Made by a program: the position numbers and the translations under genes. Below, in pieces: positions 19,996 to 28,833 of a DNA stretch of 64,000 bases. The stretch covers positions 1 to 64,000 of the IMG/VR virus record IMGVR_UViG_3300008114_003234; one strand, 5' to 3'. Positions within the stretch are counted from its first letter, which is position 1, and each line of letters opens with the position of its first letter. The stretch comes from a virus. The notes under the pieces were generated by a model. That model saw nothing but the letters and a program-made list of their open reading frames with translations. It was not told the DNA's origin and did no database searches.

Positions 19996-20577
19996 ATGAA
20001 TATTATAAAGCACGAATTTAAAATCTCTAAAAAAGAAAGAGAAAAAATCAAAAACCAAACATCTAAAACAATCTGGATGAGTGGTCTGTCCGGTTCTGGT
20101 AAATCCACTATTGCAAATCTACTAGAATGTAAACTCAATGAATCTGGTTTTCATACTTATGTTCTTGATGGTGATAATACAAGACTCGGACTAAACAAAG
20201 GTCTTGGATTTTCAGAAGAAGATAGAGTAGAGAATATTAGAAGAGTCGCAGAAGTCTGTAAACTTATGAATGATGCCGGTCTTATTGTAATTTGTTCTTT
20301 TATTTCACCATTTGAGAAAAATAGAACACAAGCAAAAGAAATTATAGGAGAAGATTCATTTATCGAAGTATTTGTAGATGCCTCTTTAGAGACTTGTGAA
20401 ACAAGAGATCCTAAAGGAATTTATAAAAAAGCAAGAGCTGGTGTGATGAAAGACTTTACAGGAATATCCTCACCGTTTGAAAGTCCTACTAACTGTATTA
20501 TTTTGAAAAATAATACACTAGACGACTTAGATAAAAATGTAGAAATAATTTACGAACTCTTAAAAAATAATAATTAA
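19996..20577 (+). CDS. cysC: Adenylyl-sulfate (APS) kinase
   Basis: IWMSGLSGSGKSTIA P-loop, LDGDNTR.GL, R.ENIRRVAEV, RDPKGIYKKA..G...FTGISSPFE.P. Confidence 0.95.
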   Translation: MNIIKHEFKISKKEREKIKNQTSKTIWMSGLSGSGKSTIANLLECKLNESGFHTYVLDGDNTRLGLNKGLGFSEEDRVENIRRVAEVCKLMNDAGLIVICSFISPFEKNRTQAKEIIGEDSFIEVFVDASLETCETRDPKGIYKKARAGVMKDFTGISSPFESPTNCIILKNNTLDDLDKNVEIIYELLKNNN

Positions 20578-20578
20578 T

Positions 20579-21040
20579 ATGTGGACTAAAATCAATCACG
20601 GCGGAGAGCCAACTAGTAATCCTGATAAAAAGTGGGCCATTTTTGTAGGTAGATTTCAGCCCTACCATACCGGTCATATTGAACTAATAAATCAAAAACT
20701 AAACGAAGGTGTTCCTGCTCTAATCCTTGTTAGAGATATTGCACCAGATGAGAAGAATCCCTTCACAACTGAGCAAACTGTAGAAATGATCGAAAAATAT
20801 CATAAAGCAAAAGGAGATGATGTTAAAGTTATGATAATTCCAGATATCGAAAGTGTTAATTTCGGAAGAGGAGTTGGATATTCCATAAATGAGTTCATAC
20901 CACCAGACAATATCGGATTCGTATCTGCAACTAAAATTAGAGAGTCAATTAAATCAGGTGACAATACTTGGAAAGAAATGGTAGATGAGTCAATTCAAGA
21001 AGATGTGATAAAATATTTACAAGAGTATTATGCAATCTAA
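20579..21040 (+). CDS. HxGH nucleotidyltransferase (cytidylyltransferase-like fold), candidate minimal ATP sulfurylase
   Basis: FVGRFQPYHTGH, NPF, GRGVGY, VSATKIRE; directly downstream of cysC. Confidence 0.7.
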   Translation: MWTKINHGGEPTSNPDKKWAIFVGRFQPYHTGHIELINQKLNEGVPALILVRDIAPDEKNPFTTEQTVEMIEKYHKAKGDDVKVMIIPDIESVNFGRGVGYSINEFIPPDNIGFVSATKIRESIKSGDNTWKEMVDESIQEDVIKYLQEYYAI

Positions 21041-21254
21041 ACGTAAAGATAATACAATTGCTAGACACTTAGCAAAAACAATTACTTGGAGAATTGTTGG
21101 AACTTTAGATACTATGGTATTAAGTTCACTAATTACAGGTAGTGTTAAAATTGGACTCGCTATTGGTGGAACAGAAGTAGTAACTAAAATGGTACTTTAC
21201 TTTCTTCACGAAAGAGCTTGGTATAAATGGGGGAAAATTGGAAGAGATGAATAA
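21030..21254 (+). CDS. DUF2061-like small membrane protein
   Basis: RHLAKTITWRIVGTLDT...KMVLYFLHERAW.K pattern; family commonly lies beside sulfur-activation genes. Confidence 0.8.
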   Translation: MQSKRKDNTIARHLAKTITWRIVGTLDTMVLSSLITGSVKIGLAIGGTEVVTKMVLYFLHERAWYKWGKIGRDE

Positions 21255-21286
21255 AAAAAAGACCGAAATTAATTTCGGTCTTTTTT
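21253..21286. terminator. Bidirectional intrinsic terminator
   Basis: aaaaaaaa-gaccgaaat-ta-atttcggtc-tttttt between convergent genes. Confidence 0.85.
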
Positions 21287-21289
21287 GTT

Positions 21290-22165
21290 TTAGATAACAT
21301 AATCATTCTTTCGTTGATAAGTGAAGTTAGATGTCTGAGTTGTATTTTGAACAGGCATTTTAGCAAGTCCATTTGTTTTCCAGAACTCAGTATCATGTAG
21401 TTTCTTATACCAATCTTGACCAACTACATTCATAGCGTCTGATTTAGCAGGTATAAGTTTTCCTGTCTTGATTTCGTGCAAATCTGGTCCCCAACCATAA
21501 CCCGCATCGTTCTCTCTGATTGTTTGAACGATATTTTCAAAATCGTGTTCATAAAATGGTTCTTCAATAAAGTTATAAAGTTCTTTGAACCAAAATTCTG
21601 GATTAGTGGTCCAAGACTCATATGGAAAGAACAAGATTCTATCACCTAATCCTCTTTGAATAGTATCTAAAAGAGACACATACGGTCTACCAAGAACGCC
21701 ATCATCTGATGTCCATACACCTATTCTACCGTCAAGATTTTTCATCTGAGTGTTTGAAAACTCACCATGAATTTCACCATCAGCACGGTTTTTTCTAAAT
21801 AGTTTTTCAAAAGAAGTGCAAATGTCTTCTAGGTTTCTAACACACGCAATAATTCTAGCTGGTCTGTTCATAACTTTTTCTACGAATTCTATATGTGTAG
21901 ACCAACCACGATTTTTATCAAACACAACATTTCTATCTGTGTTGTGATAGTTTTGTAAAATAGAACGAATTACTTTCCACTTATCTTGACCATCTGGATA
22001 AGTTGAGTGACCTTCGAGCTTCGACCAGTTATCTCTTACTTGAAGTAAGAAGTCTAAAAGTGAAGAGGTTGCAGTTGTTTGAAAGTTAGGATTCTGTAAA
22101 AGAATGTTAGTTAAAAGTGTTGAACCACTTCTTGGGAGTCCTGAAATGAAATTTATTTTTCTCAT
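21290..22165 (-). CDS. PAPS-dependent sulfotransferase
   Basis: FISGLPRSGSTLL (5'-PSB loop), DKNRGW, ACVRNLEDICTSF (3'-PB-like). Confidence 0.85.
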   Translation of the reverse strand: MRKINFISGLPRSGSTLLTNILLQNPNFQTTATSSLLDFLLQVRDNWSKLEGHSTYPDGQDKWKVIRSILQNYHNTDRNVVFDKNRGWSTHIEFVEKVMNRPARIIACVRNLEDICTSFEKLFRKNRADGEIHGEFSNTQMKNLDGRIGVWTSDDGVLGRPYVSLLDTIQRGLGDRILFFPYESWTTNPEFWFKELYNFIEEPFYEHDFENIVQTIRENDAGYGWGPDLHEIKTGKLIPAKSDAMNVVGQDWYKKLHDTEFWKTNGLAKMPVQNTTQTSNFTYQRKNDYVI

Positions 22166-23037
22166 AGAGTGTTAAGCGCATTTATTATTTCGTTTGAGTC
22201 GAATATCTTCAATCTATCATATGGGAATTGAATTGGATTTCCACCAATATCAAAATCTTCCAAATATGAAGAGTGGAATGTATCATAAACCGGTTCAACA
22301 TTTGGAAATAAGTTTATATTAGATTGATACCCAAGAACACCTGGTTTATTACCAATCCAACAAACTACAGATTTTAAACCAAGAGCTACAGAAGCATGTT
22401 GTGAGAATGAGTCAATTAATAGTCTCTTTTGAGAGAATAAGACTGATCCTAGAATCTCTCTCGTATCTAACTGTAGTCGTGTACATCCTTCAATCAAATC
22501 TTGACCTTCATAACCTATTTGATAAATGTGATAGTCATTTTTGTAATGATTTACAATATCAAGTGAGTTTTGAAAAGGTAAATCTCTATACCAAGAATAA
22601 GGTCTTGAGTTGCCACCTCCACCATTTGTATGTAGTAGGAATACCGGCTTTTGAACGTTTTGCAACATTTTAAGTTTTAGATATTCCAACTCAAGTGGTG
22701 AGAAGTAAAGTTTTGGAGCATTACCATTCCAAGTTATTCCTAGTAACTGACACCAAATTGTAATAAGGTGACCTTTATTTAAAATATAATCTTCGGTATG
22801 GTAAGGTTCTTGGCGATAAATTTTAACATCTTTATCAAAGATAAAGTTCTTATAGAAATTTGCCTGTTGACCAAATGGGTATATTTGGAAAACATCAGGA
22901 TTGTTAAACCAGACTTGTGGCCAAGCAGTAACAACAATGATTTTTCTTTCTGGATCTGCGGTCTTTAAAGACGAAACAACAGAGGTGGCGAGAATATTCT
23001 TCCCGATTCCACCTTCTACATGAAAAATTGAATACAT
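22162..23037 (-). CDS. Glycosyltransferase, GT9/heptosyltransferase-like GT-B fold
   Basis: HVEGGIGKNILAT N-terminal motif, SWYRDLP, LLIDSFSQHASVALG..SVVCW. Confidence 0.65.
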   Translation of the reverse strand: MYSIFHVEGGIGKNILATSVVSSLKTADPERKIIVVTAWPQVWFNNPDVFQIYPFGQQANFYKNFIFDKDVKIYRQEPYHTEDYILNKGHLITIWCQLLGITWNGNAPKLYFSPLELEYLKLKMLQNVQKPVFLLHTNGGGGNSRPYSWYRDLPFQNSLDIVNHYKNDYHIYQIGYEGQDLIEGCTRLQLDTREILGSVLFSQKRLLIDSFSQHASVALGLKSVVCWIGNKPGVLGYQSNINLFPNVEPVYDTFHSSYLEDFDIGGNPIQFPYDRLKIFDSNEIINALNTL

Positions 23038-23090
23038 TAATTAATCTTCTTTTTCTATTATAATTCAATAGAATTAGGAAGTTTAAAAAA

Positions 23091-23327
23091 TTACGAATTA
23101 TAAAGGGTATTCAATCTAGCTTGTACATCAGCATCTGTCCATTGACCAGCCGCATCATAGTCAGCACCTTCCCAAAGAATTACCGCCTCTTCAAGTTCTT
23201 CACAGAAACATCTTACAACTTTTTGCTTTGGAAGATCCACTACTCTTGTGATTGTAAGAGAATTAATTGTTACACTTTTTTCTTCTTGAAGAACTATCTT
23301 TTTCGGAGCATTGAGATTGATTTGCAT
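23091..23327 (-). CDS. Small hypothetical protein, possibly virion-associated
   Basis: 78-aa ORF with AATATATA 20 nt upstream. Confidence 0.5.
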   Translation of the reverse strand: MQINLNAPKKIVLQEEKSVTINSLTITRVVDLPKQKVVRCFCEELEEAVILWEGADYDAAGQWTDADVQARLNTLYNS

Positions 23328-23390
23328 ATTAAATAATTATTTTTTATTATATATTAAATATACCCTACACATTTTACTAAAAATTCAGTA

Positions 23391-23735
23391 TTAACTATAC
23401 AAATAAGATTCATATTTTTCCTCGTCGTTTATATTAATTTGTAAGTTCACTTCTTTATAAGTCGTCTTAAACTGTATCACAACAAGGTTCAGAATTTCAT
23501 GTTCATCATTTGAAAGTAAGTTCTCTATCGACTTTTCTCTTTGTTCTTGCAAAGTGTATTTAGGACCGCAAGTAATCTTTATATCAATAGTGAGTCTAGT
23601 TTTCTTCTTCAAATACTCAGAAACCATTCTTTGATATTCTGATTCATTTTTTCTATAATTCTTGAATAAAAATACTGAAAAAATTACAAGTCTTGTTATA
23701 TAATTGTGATTAATTTCAGATATATCTAACTTCAT
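23391..23735 (-). CDS. Hypothetical protein
   Basis: ORF overlapping its neighbour by 4 nt; internal REKSIENLL motif. Confidence 0.5.
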   Translation of the reverse strand: MKLDISEINHNYITRLVIFSVFLFKNYRKNESEYQRMVSEYLKKKTRLTIDIKITCGPKYTLQEQREKSIENLLSNDEHEILNLVVIQFKTTYKEVNLQININDEEKYESYLYS

Positions 23736-23926
23736 GATAAAATCTCTTCGATTTTTTTATTTCTAATTTGAAAAACGGTATATAGCTCATCTAAACTATA
23801 TTGACAATCACACCACGTACAAACAACCAGATTATTTTCTGATTCCATAATTTCTTGAGTATAACAAATTGGACAAAATCTTTTAATAGTTTTGACTCTT
23901 AACGAAAAGTTTCTAAAATTATCCAT
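23732..23926 (-). CDS. Small Zn-ribbon protein
   Basis: CPIC...CTWC; C-terminal RNKKIEEILS. Confidence 0.55.
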   Translation of the reverse strand: MDNFRNFSLRVKTIKRFCPICYTQEIMESENNLVVCTWCDCQYSLDELYTVFQIRNKKIEEILS

Positions 23927-23983
23927 ATATTTAGTATTTAGAAAATTACAAAAGGTTTTATTAAACTTTCAATGCATTACAAG

Positions 23984-23999
23984 TATATACATGTATATA
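23984..23999. promoter_or_regulatory. Perfect 16-bp palindrome, candidate operator
   Basis: TATATACATGTATATA in the divergent intergenic region, 11 nt upstream of the RHH-like gene. Confidence 0.5.
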
Positions 24000-24010
24000 A
24001 ATTCTAAATT

Positions 24011-24196
24011 ATGGCAAAAGATCGAATGATGAGTCTTAGAATCCCAGAGGTTCTTATTGAAGAGTATAAAAAATTCTGCGAAGAAAACTCTTTTACTATG
24101 TCAAAAAGACTCAGAAAACTTATGGAAAACGACCTGGATCGTTGGAGAAAATACAAATACGACCAAAAGAAATCAGAATCTCAAAGCTCAGACTAA
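24011..24196 (+). CDS. Ribbon-helix-helix (CopG/Arc-like) DNA-binding protein
   Basis: MMSLRIPEVL.EEYKKFCEENSFTMSKRLRKLM: beta strand with alternating residues followed by two helices. Confidence 0.65.
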   Translation: MAKDRMMSLRIPEVLIEEYKKFCEENSFTMSKRLRKLMENDLDRWRKYKYDQKKSESQSSD

Positions 24197-24967
24197 ATGT
24201 ATAAAAAAATATACGATCTTTGCTCCATCAAAAATGTCGGAGGTGCGCATAAAAATGGACTCAATATTCCACCAAGAGTTTCCTGGATACTCAATATTTT
24301 GAAGCAAAATAATATCGAATACATCTTAGATGAATTTGAAGTTAAAAGATTTCAAAATAATAAATTTTATAATGTAGTACTTCCTGGAACTAACGGAAAA
24401 TTTGTCACTGCACATCACGATATAGTGAATCCACTATCTGACAATGCTAATGATAATTCAGCATCAGTGATAAATGCAATTATGACTAAAATAAACTCCC
24501 CAGAAACAACTGTTATTCTTTTAGATGGAGAAGAACCACCTATGGCCGGTGTCGGATCACAAAGAGCCTCTGAAATGATGAACTCTGGTGAATATGGTAA
24601 AGTAGATTGGGTTCTTAATTTCGAACTAACTGGAAAAGGTGGTCGACACTTTTTTATTGGAAATTATGATAATGAACTCAATACTCACATCAAAAATCTC
24701 TTTGGATGTCCGGTAGTTCAAACCCCATTTAATGATGCCACAGTCTTTAATAGAAACGGTATAGTATCAACTGTGATAAATCCACTACCACCGATTTCAG
24801 ATCGATATGAATCAAAATTTCAAAAAGAAATTATATCTTATGATGGAACACCTTTGGATTTTTCCATACTCTATAATTGTCACTCTTTAGAAGATAGTGT
24901 TTCAACAATTAGTCCAAAAGATATGCAAGATTTTGTTGAAATGGTTGTTGTTAAGATATTATCTTAA
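24197..24967 (+). CDS. Peptidase M28 family protein
   Basis: VTAHHD, ANDNSASV, LDGEE, VLNFELTG, YNCHS..D metal-ligand motifs. Confidence 0.75.
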   Translation: MYKKIYDLCSIKNVGGAHKNGLNIPPRVSWILNILKQNNIEYILDEFEVKRFQNNKFYNVVLPGTNGKFVTAHHDIVNPLSDNANDNSASVINAIMTKINSPETTVILLDGEEPPMAGVGSQRASEMMNSGEYGKVDWVLNFELTGKGGRHFFIGNYDNELNTHIKNLFGCPVVQTPFNDATVFNRNGIVSTVINPLPPISDRYESKFQKEIISYDGTPLDFSILYNCHSLEDSVSTISPKDMQDFVEMVVVKILS

Positions 24968-25578
24968 TATTCTAGAAGTAAAAAATTTGACACTACTTCA
25001 CCATTTATATCAATAGAGTGCTTTATCTTTTGATATTTTATGTTATAATAAGCCAGAAATAATTCATAGAACTTATCTCTCTTATTGTAATTCTTTACTA
25101 GTCCACTTTTGATATCATTGTCAACAGAATTTAGAATAATGAAGTTTATCTTGTGATAACTGACCATATCTTTTATTATTTTGATAACTGTTGACATTTT
25201 TCTAAAAAGTGTATTATAATCATTAACATTTTTGTCGTAATTATAAACACCATCTACATATTCTCCGAAACCAATAAATAAAAATTTGTCTGTTTTTATA
25301 CCGAATTGAGAAATATAATCAGCTAATGTTTTATAATTCTTTCCAGCGTTAATACAAGACGTATCTCTATTTCGGATAACTACGGACGAGACTATAACAT
25401 CTCTTTCGTCTATTTTGAAAGATGAGCACACATAGTCTCCAGTCTTGTAAAGACTATGTTCTACATCGTAAGGTTTTGTTAGACCTAATTCGATCTCCTC
25501 TCTTATGTAGAGAGAGATATCACTGTAGTCTATCGATTCAGAATTATCCTTATCAATATATGTTTTTAAGTATTTCAC
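24964..25578 (-). CDS. Hypothetical protein with MKYLKTY N-terminus
   Basis: GTG start with AATATATA 7 nt upstream. Confidence 0.5.
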   Translation of the reverse strand: MKYLKTYIDKDNSESIDYSDISLYIREEIELGLTKPYDVEHSLYKTGDYVCSSFKIDERDVIVSSVVIRNRDTSCINAGKNYKTLADYISQFGIKTDKFLFIGFGEYVDGVYNYDKNVNDYNTLFRKMSTVIKIIKDMVSYHKINFIILNSVDNDIKSGLVKNYNKRDKFYELFLAYYNIKYQKIKHSIDINGEVVSNFLLLEY

Positions 25579-25591
25579 TGTGATTTATATA

Positions 25592-26437
25592 TTAGTAATT
25601 CATAATAATTACTTCAGTCGTCACCTTATCACCTTTTCTTGACACTTTATTATAGTCAAATTGTAGTTCTTTATACCGATATCCTTCTGATATTAACTTA
25701 TCTAACATCCATGAAGTCTTGTTATCGTGGTATAACACACCAGACACCATAAATGATGATCCTATTTCATCAATTGATTTTAAGTAATTATACAACTTAA
25801 TATCATCATCTTCTTTCCAAAAAGCATTATAGCCAGCTTCTGATATCTGTTTCTTTCCGATAGAACCATCTTCATTTTTAATGCGTCCATAGGGAGGGTC
25901 AGCATAGAACATAATTTTATCTGAAGATATTTCAATCTGGTCAAACGGTAAAGATTTAAATCTTATTTTATCTTTATACTGACGAATATTTGAAGTAAAT
26001 GTCTCTACTTTTTTATCAGTGCTTTGATTCCAACCTCGATCGCCAAAAGTTTGGTTGTATTTAAACTTCTGATTAAATCTCATCATATTGTTAGTAGATG
26101 ATAACATTAAAGCCCATAGTTTAGCGGGTGTTGGATTAGAATTATAGTCTTCTCTTAACTTACCAAATAATTCTGGTTGTCCTTTAGATGGACAAATAGA
26201 TTTAGTCTCTTCGATAATGCGATCACTCTCAAGAAGAGATTTGTGAATACCAACCAAATCTTTGATAATATCATTAGCGATTAATTTCTCGTATTTATCT
26301 AAAACATTTGTATAAACAGATCCTCCACCACAGAAAAGATCTACAAAATAAGGTTTTGTATAATCAAATTCCGGTAAGATTTGTTCAAGCAGTTTAAACT
26401 TTGAACCTGTATAATTCATTACTGAGTCTATATACAT
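25592..26437 (-). CDS. Dam/D12-class N6-adenine DNA methyltransferase
   Basis: MNYTGSKFKL, DLFCGGGSV, FYADPPY. Confidence 0.9.
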   Translation of the reverse strand: MYIDSVMNYTGSKFKLLEQILPEFDYTKPYFVDLFCGGGSVYTNVLDKYEKLIANDIIKDLVGIHKSLLESDRIIEETKSICPSKGQPELFGKLREDYNSNPTPAKLWALMLSSTNNMMRFNQKFKYNQTFGDRGWNQSTDKKVETFTSNIRQYKDKIRFKSLPFDQIEISSDKIMFYADPPYGRIKNEDGSIGKKQISEAGYNAFWKEDDDIKLYNYLKSIDEIGSSFMVSGVLYHDNKTSWMLDKLISEGYRYKELQFDYNKVSRKGDKVTTEVIIMNY

Positions 26438-26442
26438 AATTT

Positions 26443-27000
26443 CTACATTAAAAGATATTCAATAACAAGTGGATAATACTTATATTCTAATTGATGAACT
26501 TTATTTGCAATAATTTCTGCTGTGTCACCAAGTTCAATATTAAATTTAGATTGATAAATAATCTCACCTTCATCATAATTACTGTTAACCCAGTGTATGG
26601 TAATTCCAGTTTCAGTCTCTCGATTTTTTATAACTTGTTCATGAACTTTCATTCCCCACATTCCCAATCCACCATACTTAGGAAGTAGTGATGGATGAAT
26701 ATTTACAATTTTATATTTATCAATCAATCCCTTATCAACCCTTCTTAAAAATCCTGCTAAAACAATAAGGTCTATTTTATGAGAGTCAAGTATATTAAGT
26801 AAATATCCTTCTGTTTTGAAAAATTCATTATTTAAAACAACAATCGGTATTTTATGAAGATTAACTTTCTCAATCAGTGGGGCCACAGGATTATTAGTAA
26901 TCACAAGTGACACTTGAATTTTTTCTTGAGATTTGAAGAATTCGATAATATTTAAAGCATTGGTTCCACTACCAGATGCGAAAATTGCGATTCTTTTCAT
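26443..27000 (-). CDS. purN: Phosphoribosylglycinamide formyltransferase
   Basis: IAIFASGSGTN, VLAGFL, VNIHPSLLPKYGG, GITIHWV...YDEGEII.Q. Confidence 0.92.
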   Translation of the reverse strand: MKRIAIFASGSGTNALNIIEFFKSQEKIQVSLVITNNPVAPLIEKVNLHKIPIVVLNNEFFKTEGYLLNILDSHKIDLIVLAGFLRRVDKGLIDKYKIVNIHPSLLPKYGGLGMWGMKVHEQVIKNRETETGITIHWVNSNYDEGEIIYQSKFNIELGDTAEIIANKVHQLEYKYYPLVIEYLLM

Positions 27001-27002
27001 AA

Positions 27003-27821
27003 CTAGTAATTCATTATTAAGAGCTCTACTGATTTAGTTTGAGATTTTCCAGACTTAGCCATGGCAGCTTTGGTAAACTCTCTTTGTTTCCAAGTATACT
27101 GATCTTTTGGAAACCACTCAGACAACTGAGGAAAATCGTAATAACTAAGTGAGAATTTACCTTTCATTGACTTTAAACAATTAGCAAGTCTTTCATGTGT
27201 TTCAATACCAAAGTCATGATTTGCGTAATATTTTTCCGTTCTATAATAGGGAGGATCGCAATAAAAGTAACTTGTTGGTGAGTCATACTTTTTAATAAGT
27301 TCTTCAAAATCTAAATTTTCGATTATAGTTATCTTATCGAAAAACTTTTGCCAATTAGGATTTTCTAATTTGTTTTTAAATGCATCAAACTTAGAACGGT
27401 ACTTTCCTTTTAAGTCGATGAATTTTCCTTTTTCTGGATTAGTTCCAGACCAAACTTGTGAAAGAACATACGCATACTTTGAAGCTGTGTGAAAATCAGG
27501 TTTAGATAAATCTACTTTAAATTCTGGTGAGAAAATCTCTTTTTGAAACTGGTAAAATAATTTATGGTCTTGTGATTTATATTCACTTATCACTTCTTGG
27601 AATTCTTTGTAATGTTTTATACAATTAAAAAGATTTACATTCAAAGGGTTAAAGTCATTATAAATAACTTCTTTCAAGTTTGGATAGTTTTGAATATTCA
27701 TCTTGAAGAATACCCACATCATACCTGAAAAAGGTTCTGAAAAAATTTCGATATCTTTTGGGATATTTGGAATAATTAAATTCTTTGCAATACGTGATTT
27801 GCCTCCTATATAACTTAACAT
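27003..27821 (-). CDS. Second Dam/D12-class N6-adenine DNA methyltransferase
   Basis: LSYIGGKSRIA, EPFSG, YNDFN, FYCDPPY. Confidence 0.9.
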   Translation of the reverse strand: MLSYIGGKSRIAKNLIIPNIPKDIEIFSEPFSGMMWVFFKMNIQNYPNLKEVIYNDFNPLNVNLFNCIKHYKEFQEVISEYKSQDHKLFYQFQKEIFSPEFKVDLSKPDFHTASKYAYVLSQVWSGTNPEKGKFIDLKGKYRSKFDAFKNKLENPNWQKFFDKITIIENLDFEELIKKYDSPTSYFYCDPPYYRTEKYYANHDFGIETHERLANCLKSMKGKFSLSYYDFPQLSEWFPKDQYTWKQREFTKAAMAKSGKSQTKSVELLIMNY

Positions 27822-27877
27822 TTTCTATGTTTTATTTTGTACAAGTTATATAAATATCACTTGCATTTGTTCAGATT

Positions 27878-28507
27878 TTAAGACAATAAGCAATTTGTTT
27901 TAAGTTCAAAATCAAGAGTAGACAATCTAGCAAACCTTTCAATCACTTTTGGTTTGGTATCATAATAAACATCTCGACCATCTAAATTAATTAAAAATTT
28001 TCTTCTTTTTTCCTTGATTACACGAAGTGGAGCGTCATCGTAATAGTACCCAACATTATTTGATAAAACTGCACGTAAAATCTCTGGTTCAGAAAGTCCA
28101 GATTGTTTAGCCTTTTCTACAATAGATGTTAAAACTCTTTCATAGTTTACAGACCTTAGAGTTGAATTTTCGAAAATTGAGTTGTAAAGAGTTGCCTTAT
28201 CTTTGCTAATAAAATTAGATCTATCAATGATTTTAGAGTAAGTCTCAATTGATTCTTTTGTAGAAATAGACACCTCAGGCTTTACTTGTGGATTTTCTAT
28301 CCATTCACTAAGAGATCTACGAATTTCAATTTCAACATCCCTTGCTTCTCTTTCAGTTTCATATTCAACCAGTGAAATAAATCTAACTGGTCTAAAGCAC
28401 TCAGTTGAGTTGTACTTAGATAGTCTAGAAAAAGGATCTATTGTAAATCCAAATTTAAATAAATCTGAAAGACCATCAGTTACGATATAAACCCATCCTC
28501 CGCTCAT
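27878..28507 (-). CDS. GIY-YIG/T5orf172-like nuclease domain protein
   Basis: GWVYIV....LFKFGFT.DP.SRL..YN ... E.E N-terminal motif. Confidence 0.65.
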   Translation of the reverse strand: MSGGWVYIVTDGLSDLFKFGFTIDPFSRLSKYNSTECFRPVRFISLVEYETEREARDVEIEIRRSLSEWIENPQVKPEVSISTKESIETYSKIIDRSNFISKDKATLYNSIFENSTLRSVNYERVLTSIVEKAKQSGLSEPEILRAVLSNNVGYYYDDAPLRVIKEKRRKFLINLDGRDVYYDTKPKVIERFARLSTLDFELKTNCLLS

Positions 28508-28833
28508 CTTAGAATATTTACAAATCCAGTTTTTCTAATTATCTCATACTTTTCATAGGAGTACTCTAGATAATAAACATAAGATGTAAGTGGAGAGAAG
28601 TGTTCTTTTCCACCAACCCAAGGTTGATTTATTTGATTAGTTTTAAAAATGAGATCTCCCCACATATTATAAATTCTTAGTTCATAGTGAGTGAGTGAAT
28701 CACCACCACTTGTATAAACTTGAAATACATCATTTGTGCCATCACCATCTGGGGTGAAAGCATTAGGAACGAATATATCTTGACCGAATAAGCTTGATGA
28801 AATTAATAATAGTAGTACTACTAGAGTTTTCAT
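28504..28833 (-). CDS. Signal peptide plus stand-alone T9SS type-B (gliding-motility/CHU_C) C-terminal domain
   Basis: MKTLVVLLLLISSSLFGQ, then IFVPNAFTPDGDGTNDVF, LRIYNMWGDLIF, W.G, YVYY, G.VNILR; no passenger domain. Confidence 0.8.
   Translation of the reverse strand: MKTLVVLLLLISSSLFGQDIFVPNAFTPDGDGTNDVFQVYTSGGDSLTHYELRIYNMWGDLIFKTNQINQPWVGGKEHFSPLTSYVYYLEYSYEKYEIIRKTGFVNILR

Noticed and set aside
19996-21254. Assimilatory sulfate reduction auxiliary pathway
   Set aside because: No cysH, cysI/J or cysK in the window, while a sulfotransferase is adjacent.
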